NCBI GenBank assembly: GCA_022361395.1
Contig: JAKSAX010000149.1
Span: 8,596-72,595 of the forward strand
Reading direction: 5' to 3'
DNA length: 64,000 nt
From: Desulfobacterales bacterium
GTDB lineage: Bacteria; Desulfobacterota; Desulfobacteria; Desulfobacterales; Desulfobacteraceae
Part shown: positions 10,361 through 18,588 of the stretch, one piece after another
Layout: every line of letters begins with the position of its first letter
Numbering within the stretch: the first letter of the stretch is position 1
Made by a program: the position numbers and the translations under genes
The notes under the pieces: model-generated
Databases searched by the model: none
The model's input: the letters and a program-made list of their open reading frames with translations, nothing else
What the model was told of the DNA's origin: nothing

Positions 10361-10968
10361 ATACATTGAAAACCTTTCTAAAACTCATCATCCTATCGGC
10401 GGCCTTAATGCTCCTGTATTCCTGCGGACAAAAAGATACCACCGTTATTCTCCTGCCCGGGGATGACGGACGCACAGGCAAGGTCCTGGTTGAAAACCAA
10501 AAATCTTCAACCCTGCTGGACAAACCCTATACCTATACTGAAGCCACTTCAAAAACCGCCGGATTTGTGGTCCGGAAGGCTGATCCTGATGAGATAAAGG
10601 CAGCCTATGCCCGGCTTTTTGAGGCAGAACCCCCAAAACCGGTTCATTTTATCCTTTACTTTAAAACAGACTCAGTGAAGCTGACGCCGGAATCCATGGC
10701 CCTGCTGCCGAAGATTTCCCGGAGTGCAAAAGAAAGGGAACCCTCTGAAATAAGTATTATCGGCCATACTGATACCCGGGGCACCCCCGAGTATAACGTT
10801 AAGCTGTCCCTGGAACGGGCCAAAGAGGTGGCCAAAATCCTCACCCGTTACGACACCGGCCTGAAACAGGTTTATATCCAGGGGTTCGGTGAGTACGACC
10901 TTTTGGAACCCACACCTGACAACACCCCGGAGGCCCGGAACCGCCGCGTAGAAATCATGATCCGGTGA
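10357..10968 (+). CDS. OmpA-family peptidoglycan-binding lipoprotein
   Basis: Lipobox LYSC, IIGHTD...YNVKLSLERA...NRRVEI. TTGA overlap with the upstream gene. Confidence 0.92.
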   Translation: MNTLKTFLKLIILSAALMLLYSCGQKDTTVILLPGDDGRTGKVLVENQKSSTLLDKPYTYTEATSKTAGFVVRKADPDEIKAAYARLFEAEPPKPVHFILYFKTDSVKLTPESMALLPKISRSAKEREPSEISIIGHTDTRGTPEYNVKLSLERAKEVAKILTRYDTGLKQVYIQGFGEYDLLEPTPDNTPEARNRRVEIMIR

Positions 10969-10975
10969 GTCAGGG

Positions 10976-12961
10976 GTGAATCTGCCGCCCAAAATAACCC
11001 GGCTTCCCAAACCTGTAAGTTTCTGCCTGATTGCCGTCATGGGCCTGCTCACCCTGGCAGCGGCCCTGGCACCGTTTACGGATATTGCTCCGGTCAAATC
11101 ACTGGACACCTTTTTTTACGACCGTTTCATGATCCAGGACCGGGACCGGACGCCCTATTCCCATGATATCACCATCGTGGATATTGACGAGGTCAGCCTG
11201 TCCGGGGCAGGCCAGTGGCCATGGCCCAGATACAGGCTGGCCCGGATGCTGGCCATTTTATCTTCCCATTCCCCCAGGACCATGGGCCTGGATATTGTAT
11301 TCCCCGAACCTGACCGCCTTTCCCCGGGCCACCTGGCCCGGCAGTTTAAAAGGGATTTCCAGCTGGACATTACCTTCCCTGATATTCCTCACTCACTCAC
11401 GGACAACGACGGTTTTTTCGGTCATATCCTGGACCAGACCCGGACCGTGGGGGCAAGGTACTACTACTTTGACCATGTTTCCAAAGGCGCAGTGTGCAAA
11501 GGCCTTCCTCTTACTATTAAAGACCCGGGCGGACGCACCGCCCTGTCAAAGGCCGAAGGGGTGCTCTGCAACACACCGAAAATCGAAACCCGGCTGGCAT
11601 CTGCAGGGTTTATCAACAATCAATACGACACCGACGGCCTGCTGCGCAGGACACCTCTGCTCATCGAATACCGGAACGGCATCGCCCCCCACCTCTCCCT
11701 GGCCCTGTTCATGATGGAAAACAACCTGGAGAGCCTGGAAGTCGTCCGGACCCCAACGGGGGAAGCCCTCAGGGCCGGCCGGATAAACATCCCCATAACC
11801 CGGGACGGGTTTGTTCATGCCAATTTTAAAGGGCCTGGCAGGGCATTCAGATATATCCCGGCAATTGATGTGCTGAACCGGAAATTCGACCCGGATCATA
11901 TCCGGGGCAAAACCCTGCTCATCGGCAGTTCCGCCGTGGGGCTCAACGACATCCATCCCACGGTGTTCGACCCCCATTTCCCCGGAATTGAGGTGTCGGC
12001 CGTTCTTCTGGATAATATGGCCAATGGTGATTTTATCCGGATACCCTCCTGGTCGGACATTGCCCTGGCCCTGGCCTGCCTTGCCATGGGCAGCTTCATG
12101 CTGGCAGTGTTTAACAGGAACCCCGGCCCGGCAGGGCTTCTTCTGGCCGCCACAGCCGGCACAGGCCTGATGCTCGGGGCCAGTATTATCCTCTACTACC
12201 AATGGCTGATCTTTATCTCACCGGCCATGCCCCTTATCCTCGGGCTGGTCTTGTTCATCCTGATCACCTTTACCAGGTTTGCCTCGGAAAAACGGGCTGC
12301 CTATACCTGGTTCAGGCAATTATCCGCAGCCCAGCAGCTGACCATGGAAATCATGGTCTCCATGGTAGAGACCCGGGACCCTGAAACAGGGGCGCATATC
12401 GTGCGGACCCAGCACTATGCCAAAGCCGTGGCCCTCCGGCTCCGGTCCAAAGGCCTGTTCAGCGATACTCTCACCGACAAGTATATTGAAACCCTGTTTT
12501 TATCCGTTCCCCTCCATGATATCGGCAAGGTGGGCATACCGGACAATATCCTGCTCAAACCGGGCAGGCTCACTGACGATGAATTCAGGCATATGAAAAT
12601 GCACGCCACCTACGGCAGAATCATCCTGCGCAGGGCAGCGGAAAAAATCGAGGGAAGCAACTACCTGGCCATGGGCGAAGATATCGCCGGCACCCACCAT
12701 GAAAAATGGGACGGCACGGGATACCCGGAGGGTCTTGCCGGGGAAGAGATCCCCCTGTCAGGCCGGCTTATGGCCATTGCCGATGTCTATGACGCTCTGA
12801 TCAGCAAACGGTGCTATAAACCGCCCTTCCCCCATGCCAAGGCCATGTCCATTATTCTGGAGGAGAAAGGCAAGTTATTTGATCCCGTGATAGTCGAGGC
12901 CTTTGTGGAAATCGAAACCACTATCCGGGAGATTGCCGCACGGTTTGGTGACGAGGAATGA
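10976..12961 (+). CDS. CHASE2 sensor with HD-GYP phosphodiesterase
   Basis: IVDIDEVSL..GQWPWPR and GLDIVFPEPD (CHASE2), three TM segments, HDIGKVGIPD...HHEKWDGTGYP. Confidence 0.93.
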   Translation: MNLPPKITRLPKPVSFCLIAVMGLLTLAAALAPFTDIAPVKSLDTFFYDRFMIQDRDRTPYSHDITIVDIDEVSLSGAGQWPWPRYRLARMLAILSSHSPRTMGLDIVFPEPDRLSPGHLARQFKRDFQLDITFPDIPHSLTDNDGFFGHILDQTRTVGARYYYFDHVSKGAVCKGLPLTIKDPGGRTALSKAEGVLCNTPKIETRLASAGFINNQYDTDGLLRRTPLLIEYRNGIAPHLSLALFMMENNLESLEVVRTPTGEALRAGRINIPITRDGFVHANFKGPGRAFRYIPAIDVLNRKFDPDHIRGKTLLIGSSAVGLNDIHPTVFDPHFPGIEVSAVLLDNMANGDFIRIPSWSDIALALACLAMGSFMLAVFNRNPGPAGLLLAATAGTGLMLGASIILYYQWLIFISPAMPLILGLVLFILITFTRFASEKRAAYTWFRQLSAAQQLTMEIMVSMVETRDPETGAHIVRTQHYAKAVALRLRSKGLFSDTLTDKYIETLFLSVPLHDIGKVGIPDNILLKPGRLTDDEFRHMKMHATYGRIILRRAAEKIEGSNYLAMGEDIAGTHHEKWDGTGYPEGLAGEEIPLSGRLMAIADVYDALISKRCYKPPFPHAKAMSIILEEKGKLFDPVIVEAFVEIETTIREIAARFGDEE

Positions 12962-13165
12962 CAATGGGGCAGTTTTACCCCCTGGGATACCCGGGATTTT
13001 CCGTTTCCGGACTGCGGATAGCGGAATACCTGTCAGCCGCGGGTTACCGCCCGGCTGCCCGCCAGATGATCCGGGGCAGGTTCGCCCCCTTGCATCCTCC
13101 CGGAGGACGCTGCCTTTAACCCCCTTTAATACCAAGGGGTTTTCTCACACACCATGATGCGGGAA

Positions 13166-13262
13166 GGGGCATTATTGCCCCCGGAACGCCATACTGCCGC
13201 CGGCCCTGGTAAAACCAACCTGTTGATATAAAAGGATTTATGGTTTCCGGCATGGTTTTTGA
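13166..13262 (+). promoter_or_regulatory. Candidate sigma54-type promoter architecture (palindromic UAS, IHF site, imperfect -24/-12)
   Basis: Palindrome GGGGCA-TTAT-TGCCCC at 13166-13181. IHF consensus match TATCAACAGGTTG on the minus strand at 13216-13228. CGGCATGGTTTTTGA at 13248-13262 has GA in place of GC. Confidence 0.4.
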
Positions 13263-13315
13263 TTGCCATACGGCTGAGTATAATACTTTAATATGAAAGG
13301 CGGATTACACTTTAT

Positions 13316-14860
13316 ATGATATTATTTTTTAGATACGGCGGGGCAATACTGCTCTCCCTGATCCCGGCCCATGCCATGGCTTCGGGTATTGATGAGGCCA
13401 TAAACAGGGCGCTGACCCCGGTGTCGGAACTGCTGGTTTCCTTTGTATTTTTCAAAATCGAGGTGGCAGGGGTGGGGATCCCCCTGGTGGTTGCCTGGCT
13501 TGTTCTGGGCTCCCTGTTCTGCACGGTTTACCTGAATTACATCAACATCCGCGGGTTCAAACATGCCTTCAGGCTTGTCCGGGGAGATTTCAGCGACGGC
13601 AAGGGGCATGGGGAAATCAGCCATTTCAACGCCCTGTGTACGGCTGTATCCGGTACCGTGGGCATCGGCAACATTGCCGGTATCCCCATTGCCATTGCCG
13701 CGGGCGGCCCGGGCGCGGTCTTCTGGATGCTCATTGCCGGATTCCTGGGAATGTCCACCAAGTTCATGGAATGTACCCTGGCAGTATTGTTCCGGAAGGA
13801 AAATCCCGACGGCACGGTTTCCGGGGGTCCCATGTACTACCTGACCCAGGGGCTGGAAAAACTGGGCAGGCCGAAAACAGGTAAGGCCCTGGGAGGATTC
13901 TATGCGTTCGGAATTCTGTTCGGCTGCCTGGGAATCGGAAATATGTTCCAGTCCAACCAGGCCTACAGCCAGTTCCTGGTGGTCACAGGCGGGGATGCCT
14001 CCTTTTTCGCGGATAAGGGATGGCTGTTCGGCCTCTTGTTTGCCCTGGTGGTATTTTCGGTCATTGTGGGCGGTATCAAAAGCATTGCAAAAGTCGCCTC
14101 AAAACTGGTCCCTTTTATGGCATTGCTTTATATTGTCACGGCATTGGTCATCATTGCCATAAACGGCAAGTATATACCGGCTGCCATCGCCATGATCGTG
14201 GAAAGTGCCTTTAACACAAAAGCAGTCGGCGGCGGTATGCTGGGCGCCATTGTCATCGGATTCCAGCGGGCGGTTTTTTCCAATGAGGCCGGTCTTGGCT
14301 CCGCAGCCATTGCCCACTCTGCCGTCCGGACAAAGGAACCCGTGACAGAGGGGTTTGTGGCCATCCTTGAACCCACCCTCGACACCCTGATCGTCCTGGC
14401 CATTACAGCCCTTGTCATCACCACCTCCATGGTTGCGGATCCTGTGTTTGCCGCCAGTCTCATGGGAAGAAACCTCACGGGCATGGCCGCCTCATCAGCC
14501 GCCTTTACCGCCCATTTTTCCTTTGCCCAATACCTGCTCTCTGCCGCAGGCATGCTCTTTGCCCTGTCCACGGCACTGGCCTGGTCCTATTACGGGCTGA
14601 ACGGCTGGACCTACCTGTTCGGGGATAATAAAAAAGGCAAGCTTGCCTATAACGGGATTTTCTGCCTCTGTTTCGCACTGGGCGCCTCTATCCAGCTGGG
14701 CAGCCTGATGGATATTTCAGATGCACTGGTATTTCTGATCTGTGTGCCCAATGTGTTCGGATTATTTATGCTGGCCCCCCTGGTCAAGGCGGAACTCTCC
14801 GTTTACTGGGACAAGGTGAAAACCGGGAAGATACGTGCTGCTGTAAGAGAGAACGGATAG
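13316..14860 (+). CDS. Sodium:alanine/glycine symporter (AGCS/AlsT family)
   Basis: GTVGIGNIAG, GGPGAVFWM, GGPMYY, FSNEAGLGSA motifs; many TM segments. Confidence 0.95.
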   Translation: MILFFRYGGAILLSLIPAHAMASGIDEAINRALTPVSELLVSFVFFKIEVAGVGIPLVVAWLVLGSLFCTVYLNYINIRGFKHAFRLVRGDFSDGKGHGEISHFNALCTAVSGTVGIGNIAGIPIAIAAGGPGAVFWMLIAGFLGMSTKFMECTLAVLFRKENPDGTVSGGPMYYLTQGLEKLGRPKTGKALGGFYAFGILFGCLGIGNMFQSNQAYSQFLVVTGGDASFFADKGWLFGLLFALVVFSVIVGGIKSIAKVASKLVPFMALLYIVTALVIIAINGKYIPAAIAMIVESAFNTKAVGGGMLGAIVIGFQRAVFSNEAGLGSAAIAHSAVRTKEPVTEGFVAILEPTLDTLIVLAITALVITTSMVADPVFAASLMGRNLTGMAASSAAFTAHFSFAQYLLSAAGMLFALSTALAWSYYGLNGWTYLFGDNKKGKLAYNGIFCLCFALGASIQLGSLMDISDALVFLICVPNVFGLFMLAPLVKAELSVYWDKVKTGKIRAAVRENG

Positions 14861-14867
14861 GTGCCAA

Positions 14868-14901
14868 CCGGGGAAACAGCTGTTTCAAGCCGTTTCCCCG
14901 G
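14868..14901. terminator. Hairpin between convergent genes; probable terminator
   Basis: CCGGGGAAACAGCT pairs with AGCCGTTTCCCCGG. Confidence 0.7.
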
Positions 14902-14917
14902 CCAATAAAAAACGGGT

Positions 14918-15691
14918 TTATTTTTTTTGTTCCATGGCTGCCTGAACAAAGGAGAGGGTGGCTTTGACATCCGGATTCATCAGGGTCCGGGCCATAACAT
15001 CCTGCCAGTTTTCCGTTTCCAGGGAAAGGTTGATCCTTGCGGCAGTCTCTGATTTCAACCCCTTTTTAATCTGGATAAAGGGCTGGTTCGGGGTATCGAT
15101 CCACAGGCAGATGACCTCCTTGGCGCGGGAAATGAGGTCTTCCCCTTCAACCACTTCATCCACCATTTCCATTTCCAATGCCCTGTCCACACCGACCATG
15201 TCCCCGAAGTACATCACATCCCTGTACCGTTTATCGGAATCCAGGCCGAACCGGACCACGGCGGACTGGGCAATGGAAAGGGCCAGCCCGATCTTTATTT
15301 CGCTCATACCCAGTTTGATCTTGGGATGGTTTTTCACAATCCTGTAGTCGGATGCCATGGCCAGGATCAGCCCCATGGCGGCGGAGTGGCCGTTCATGGC
15401 GCAGACAACCGGTTTCCTGCAGGTAAAATAATCCACCAGGATCTTTTCCTCTTCCTCAAAAAAGGAGACCACCTCTTCTGGGGTTTCAAATCCCACAAAC
15501 ATGGGCAGGCTGAACCCGCTTGAAAAGAACCGCCCGTCACCGGTGAGGATGATGCCCTTGAGTTCATCTGTATCATTGACCTCGTCGATAATCTCCTTGA
15601 GCTGGCGAAGGGTCTCCATGGTCACGGCGTTGGAGGCGCCGTCGGAGAGTGTGGCAATAACAATATTATCCTGGATTTCTTTTTTAAGCAT
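14918..15691 (-). CDS. Enoyl-CoA hydratase/isomerase (crotonase) family protein
   Basis: FFSSGFSL, KPVVCAMNGHSAAMG, GMSEIKIG motifs. Confidence 0.9.
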   Translation of the reverse strand: MLKKEIQDNIVIATLSDGASNAVTMETLRQLKEIIDEVNDTDELKGIILTGDGRFFSSGFSLPMFVGFETPEEVVSFFEEEEKILVDYFTCRKPVVCAMNGHSAAMGLILAMASDYRIVKNHPKIKLGMSEIKIGLALSIAQSAVVRFGLDSDKRYRDVMYFGDMVGVDRALEMEMVDEVVEGEDLISRAKEVICLWIDTPNQPFIQIKKGLKSETAARINLSLETENWQDVMARTLMNPDVKATLSFVQAAMEQKK

Positions 15692-15726
15692 GGCTTATCC
15701 TTTCTGCACATAGAAACGGTTTATCA

Positions 15727-15767
15727 TAATAAACATTGTTATTACCCTATCTGATATTCAATCGCAA
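15727..15767 (-). promoter_or_regulatory. Candidate promoter and palindromic operator of the crotonase gene
   Basis: TAATAA-N6-TTATTA palindrome at 15727-15744 overlaps a minus-strand TTGCGA-17-TAATAA. Confidence 0.45.
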
Positions 15768-15835
15768 GAGAGACTACTTTAAAAAAAGCAAATACAAGTA
15801 TTTATTGTGCCGCCACCCAAGCACTGCCAGGACAG

Positions 15836-16315
15836 CTACTTCCTGTTCAGAATAAAGGGAAAGGCAATGTGGCGGACCAGGGGAAGGTCAAAGATCGTCA
15901 TCCCCAGCAGCCTGCCCTCTTCAAGCTCCCGGAGCTCGTCTGTGGCCCGGCACCATGGAAAGGGGGCATCTTCTCCGTAAACGATCACCCGGGCGGGCTG
16001 TCCGTCTATCCTGGCAGCCTGTTTTTTAATTGCCATGGGCAGGACTTTTATTATACCGCCCCTGCGTTTGACCAGGTTGATGCCTGTCCGGTTGTCAAAA
16101 ATCTCTTTTCCCGTCCACCCTCTCAGTGCGGTCAGGGCCATGGCGGGTTTAAAGGTCCACCTGTACCACCAGGGACCGGGAACCTCAGCCGTATATTTCC
16201 CTGCCATCCGGTGTGAAGGCGGGGATTCAAGGGTTTCAAAACTCTGCCTGAACTCTGAAAAAAGTACAAAAACATGCCGGGATCCGGTGAAAAACCGGGG
16301 AATGGCTTGCCTCAT
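15836..16315 (-). CDS. Hypothetical protein (WxGK / DGxP / DELR motif pattern)
   Basis: AGGAG RBS, 18 bp downstream of the activase. WTGKEIF...GINL...IDGQP...DELREL...LLG. Confidence 0.7.
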   Translation of the reverse strand: MRQAIPRFFTGSRHVFVLFSEFRQSFETLESPPSHRMAGKYTAEVPGPWWYRWTFKPAMALTALRGWTGKEIFDNRTGINLVKRRGGIIKVLPMAIKKQAARIDGQPARVIVYGEDAPFPWCRATDELRELEEGRLLGMTIFDLPLVRHIAFPFILNRK

Positions 16316-16333
16316 CTGTTTTCTCCTTAAATT

Positions 16334-17257
16334 TTATCTTTCTATCCCGATTCCGGCATCCAGGAAAATCTTTTCGCATTGCCGGAACCGTTCTCCGGTC
16401 ATCCACCTGTCCATTTCCGGAAAAACAGTGGGTGAAGCCAGTCCTATCCGGGCGTTTTTTTCCTGCCACAGGGGATGATAGGCCATTAACTGGGTCTTTT
16501 TAACATGGTGTTTCCTGTAAAACCGGACAATGGCTTCCAGGTTTTCTTCCGAATCCGTAATGCCCGGAACCAGGGGCGTTCTGGGCAGAACCCTGACGCC
16601 GCCCTCAAGGGATAGCCGGTAAAGCCTTGAAAAATTTTCCAGAATAGTGCGGTTGGATATCCCGCAATATCTTTTATGGGCTTCCGAATCCATCAGCTTG
16701 ATGTCATAGTAGATCAGGTCAATAAAGGGATAAACCCGGTCCCGGAACGGTTCAAAGGGGAATTGCCCGCAGGTTTCGACAAGGACATGGATCCCCTCCC
16801 TTTTTAAGGCCGTTGCGGCCTGCCCAAGGAAATCCACACTCAGTGTGGGCTCCCCCCCGGAGATTGTCACCCCTCCGTCAGAGGCCTTAAAAAAAGGGAG
16901 GTCACGGAGCACCTGTTTAACAATCTCGTCAACGGTCATTTCCTTTCCCACCCGTGCCAGTGCCCCGGATGGGCAGGCCCTGGTGCATTTAAAGCAGAGG
17001 CTGCATCTGCTGCGGTCAACAAACCAGTGATTTTCCATTGACAATGCAGATGTATCACATACATCCATACAGGCACGGCATCCGATGCAGGCGGCCGGGT
17101 CAAATGAGATCTCAACCCCGGGCCGCCTGCTTTCCGGATTGTGGCACCATTGGCAGGAGAGCGGGCATCCTTTTAAGAATACCACGGAACGGATGCCGGG
17201 GCCGTCATCCAGGGAATTCCCCTTGATTTCCAATACCAGGGGCATTCTTTTTGTCAT
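16334..17257 (-). CDS. Glycyl-radical enzyme activating enzyme (radical SAM with 2x[4Fe-4S] ferredoxin insertion)
   Basis: DDGPGIRSVVFLKGCPLSCQWCHNPES, CIGCRACMDVC, CSLCFKCTRACP, GGVTISGGEP. Confidence 0.97.
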   Translation of the reverse strand: MTKRMPLVLEIKGNSLDDGPGIRSVVFLKGCPLSCQWCHNPESRRPGVEISFDPAACIGCRACMDVCDTSALSMENHWFVDRSRCSLCFKCTRACPSGALARVGKEMTVDEIVKQVLRDLPFFKASDGGVTISGGEPTLSVDFLGQAATALKREGIHVLVETCGQFPFEPFRDRVYPFIDLIYYDIKLMDSEAHKRYCGISNRTILENFSRLYRLSLEGGVRVLPRTPLVPGITDSEENLEAIVRFYRKHHVKKTQLMAYHPLWQEKNARIGLASPTVFPEMDRWMTGERFRQCEKIFLDAGIGIER

Positions 17258-17326
17258 CTCTGTATATTCTCCATGTCAATGGCTGAAACAGCTTTTGGGT
17301 AAAAGGGCCAGGGGTTCTACGCCGGA

Positions 17327-18481
17327 CTAAAAATTAATCTGCCATTTGATGCCGGCGTAAGTGATCACCGGATCGTCTGACTGTTTCATGTCGCAACGGC
17401 CGATTTCCGGGGTAACGGAGACTCCCGGCGCCAGGAATATGGTGGACTGGACATAATAGGTTGCGGCATCATCCTTGCCGAAACCGTCTCCGTCCAGTTC
17501 GCTTTTTACATATCCGTATCCGGTTTCCACATAAAGGCCTTTTCTGATCTCCAGGCCAGCCACTATAAGTCCGGCAACGGCATCCCTGTCCACCACAGTA
17601 GAACCGTCCCACCGGGCCAGTCCGAATCCGTCACCGTCAAAATTCCCGGTTCCGGCATTTCCGGTTGTGGACCAAAGGTTGCCGTTTACCAGGAACTGCA
17701 CATGGTTGCCCACATTCTGCCCCCCATAGATATTGCCCTTTAAATAAGCCGGTCCCAAGTTGAGACGCCCGCCCAGGCCCACCAGCCAGGAGGACACGCT
17801 GTGCTCCTCCCCGCTGCTGAGGATGTTAAAATTCTGGTAGGCCCCGGCCAGGGCAGCCCATCCCCGGGGAAGATCATATTTGTACTTGGCCTGGATTCTC
17901 GGCAGCCGTATCTCCGTATCAGGCTGCTGGGTGCCTGCCCCGGTCATGGATTCTGTCAGGGAGACCAGGGTATCCGGCTCCACCGCTGCAATCTGGAATC
18001 CGCCGAACTTCAGGCGGATCATGGTTTTCCGCCCGCCGTAAAGCTGTCCCCATGTGGTCATGTGATGATCCCCCCTTCCCAGGCTGTTGATACTGAAGAC
18101 CTGGTTGGAACAGGGAAATACCAGTGGGGAGTATGATTTTCCCACACGCAGGGATCCGGCACCGAAATTCCATTCCCCGAACAGGAGGCGGAGGTTGGCA
18201 CTGCCCCCCAGGGCACCGTACTCAAACCTGCCGGACAGGGTTTCGCCGGCACTTACCCGGGCACCGATGCGGGCATTGCCGTGAAGTTTCTGTTCATAAT
18301 TCGAGGTATCATTTCCTGTGGCCAGGCCAAGTGCGGCAGTACCGGGAGAGAAAGGACTTTTGTCAAATTTGGTATAAAAGGTATTGACACGTGCGCTACC
18401 GTAGAAATTCCAATCCGCCGCAAAGGTTACCGAACACATCAGGGTTGCGTATACGATCAATATGACCTTCAATTTTCTCAT
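17327..18481 (-). CDS. Outer-membrane porin (deltaproteobacterial type)
   Basis: Signal peptide, then ADWNFYGSARV and LRLLFGEWNFG. Alternating beta-strand pattern; C-terminal WQINF. Confidence 0.85.
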   Translation of the reverse strand: MRKLKVILIVYATLMCSVTFAADWNFYGSARVNTFYTKFDKSPFSPGTAALGLATGNDTSNYEQKLHGNARIGARVSAGETLSGRFEYGALGGSANLRLLFGEWNFGAGSLRVGKSYSPLVFPCSNQVFSINSLGRGDHHMTTWGQLYGGRKTMIRLKFGGFQIAAVEPDTLVSLTESMTGAGTQQPDTEIRLPRIQAKYKYDLPRGWAALAGAYQNFNILSSGEEHSVSSWLVGLGGRLNLGPAYLKGNIYGGQNVGNHVQFLVNGNLWSTTGNAGTGNFDGDGFGLARWDGSTVVDRDAVAGLIVAGLEIRKGLYVETGYGYVKSELDGDGFGKDDAATYYVQSTIFLAPGVSVTPEIGRCDMKQSDDPVITYAGIKWQINF

Positions 18482-18588
18482 CTTTCCTCCTTTAAAGTTT
18501 AAAAAATTTCCTCCTGGTTTCCGGAACCGGAATCAGGCTGCCCTCAGTCCTGGCCAGGGGATCTGGATACCAATGGATCCCCTCTCTT

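Noticed and set aside
12962-13315. Glycine riboswitch upstream of the alanine/glycine symporter
   Set aside because: No GGAGA...CCGAAG...CTCTCAGG aptamer pattern was found.
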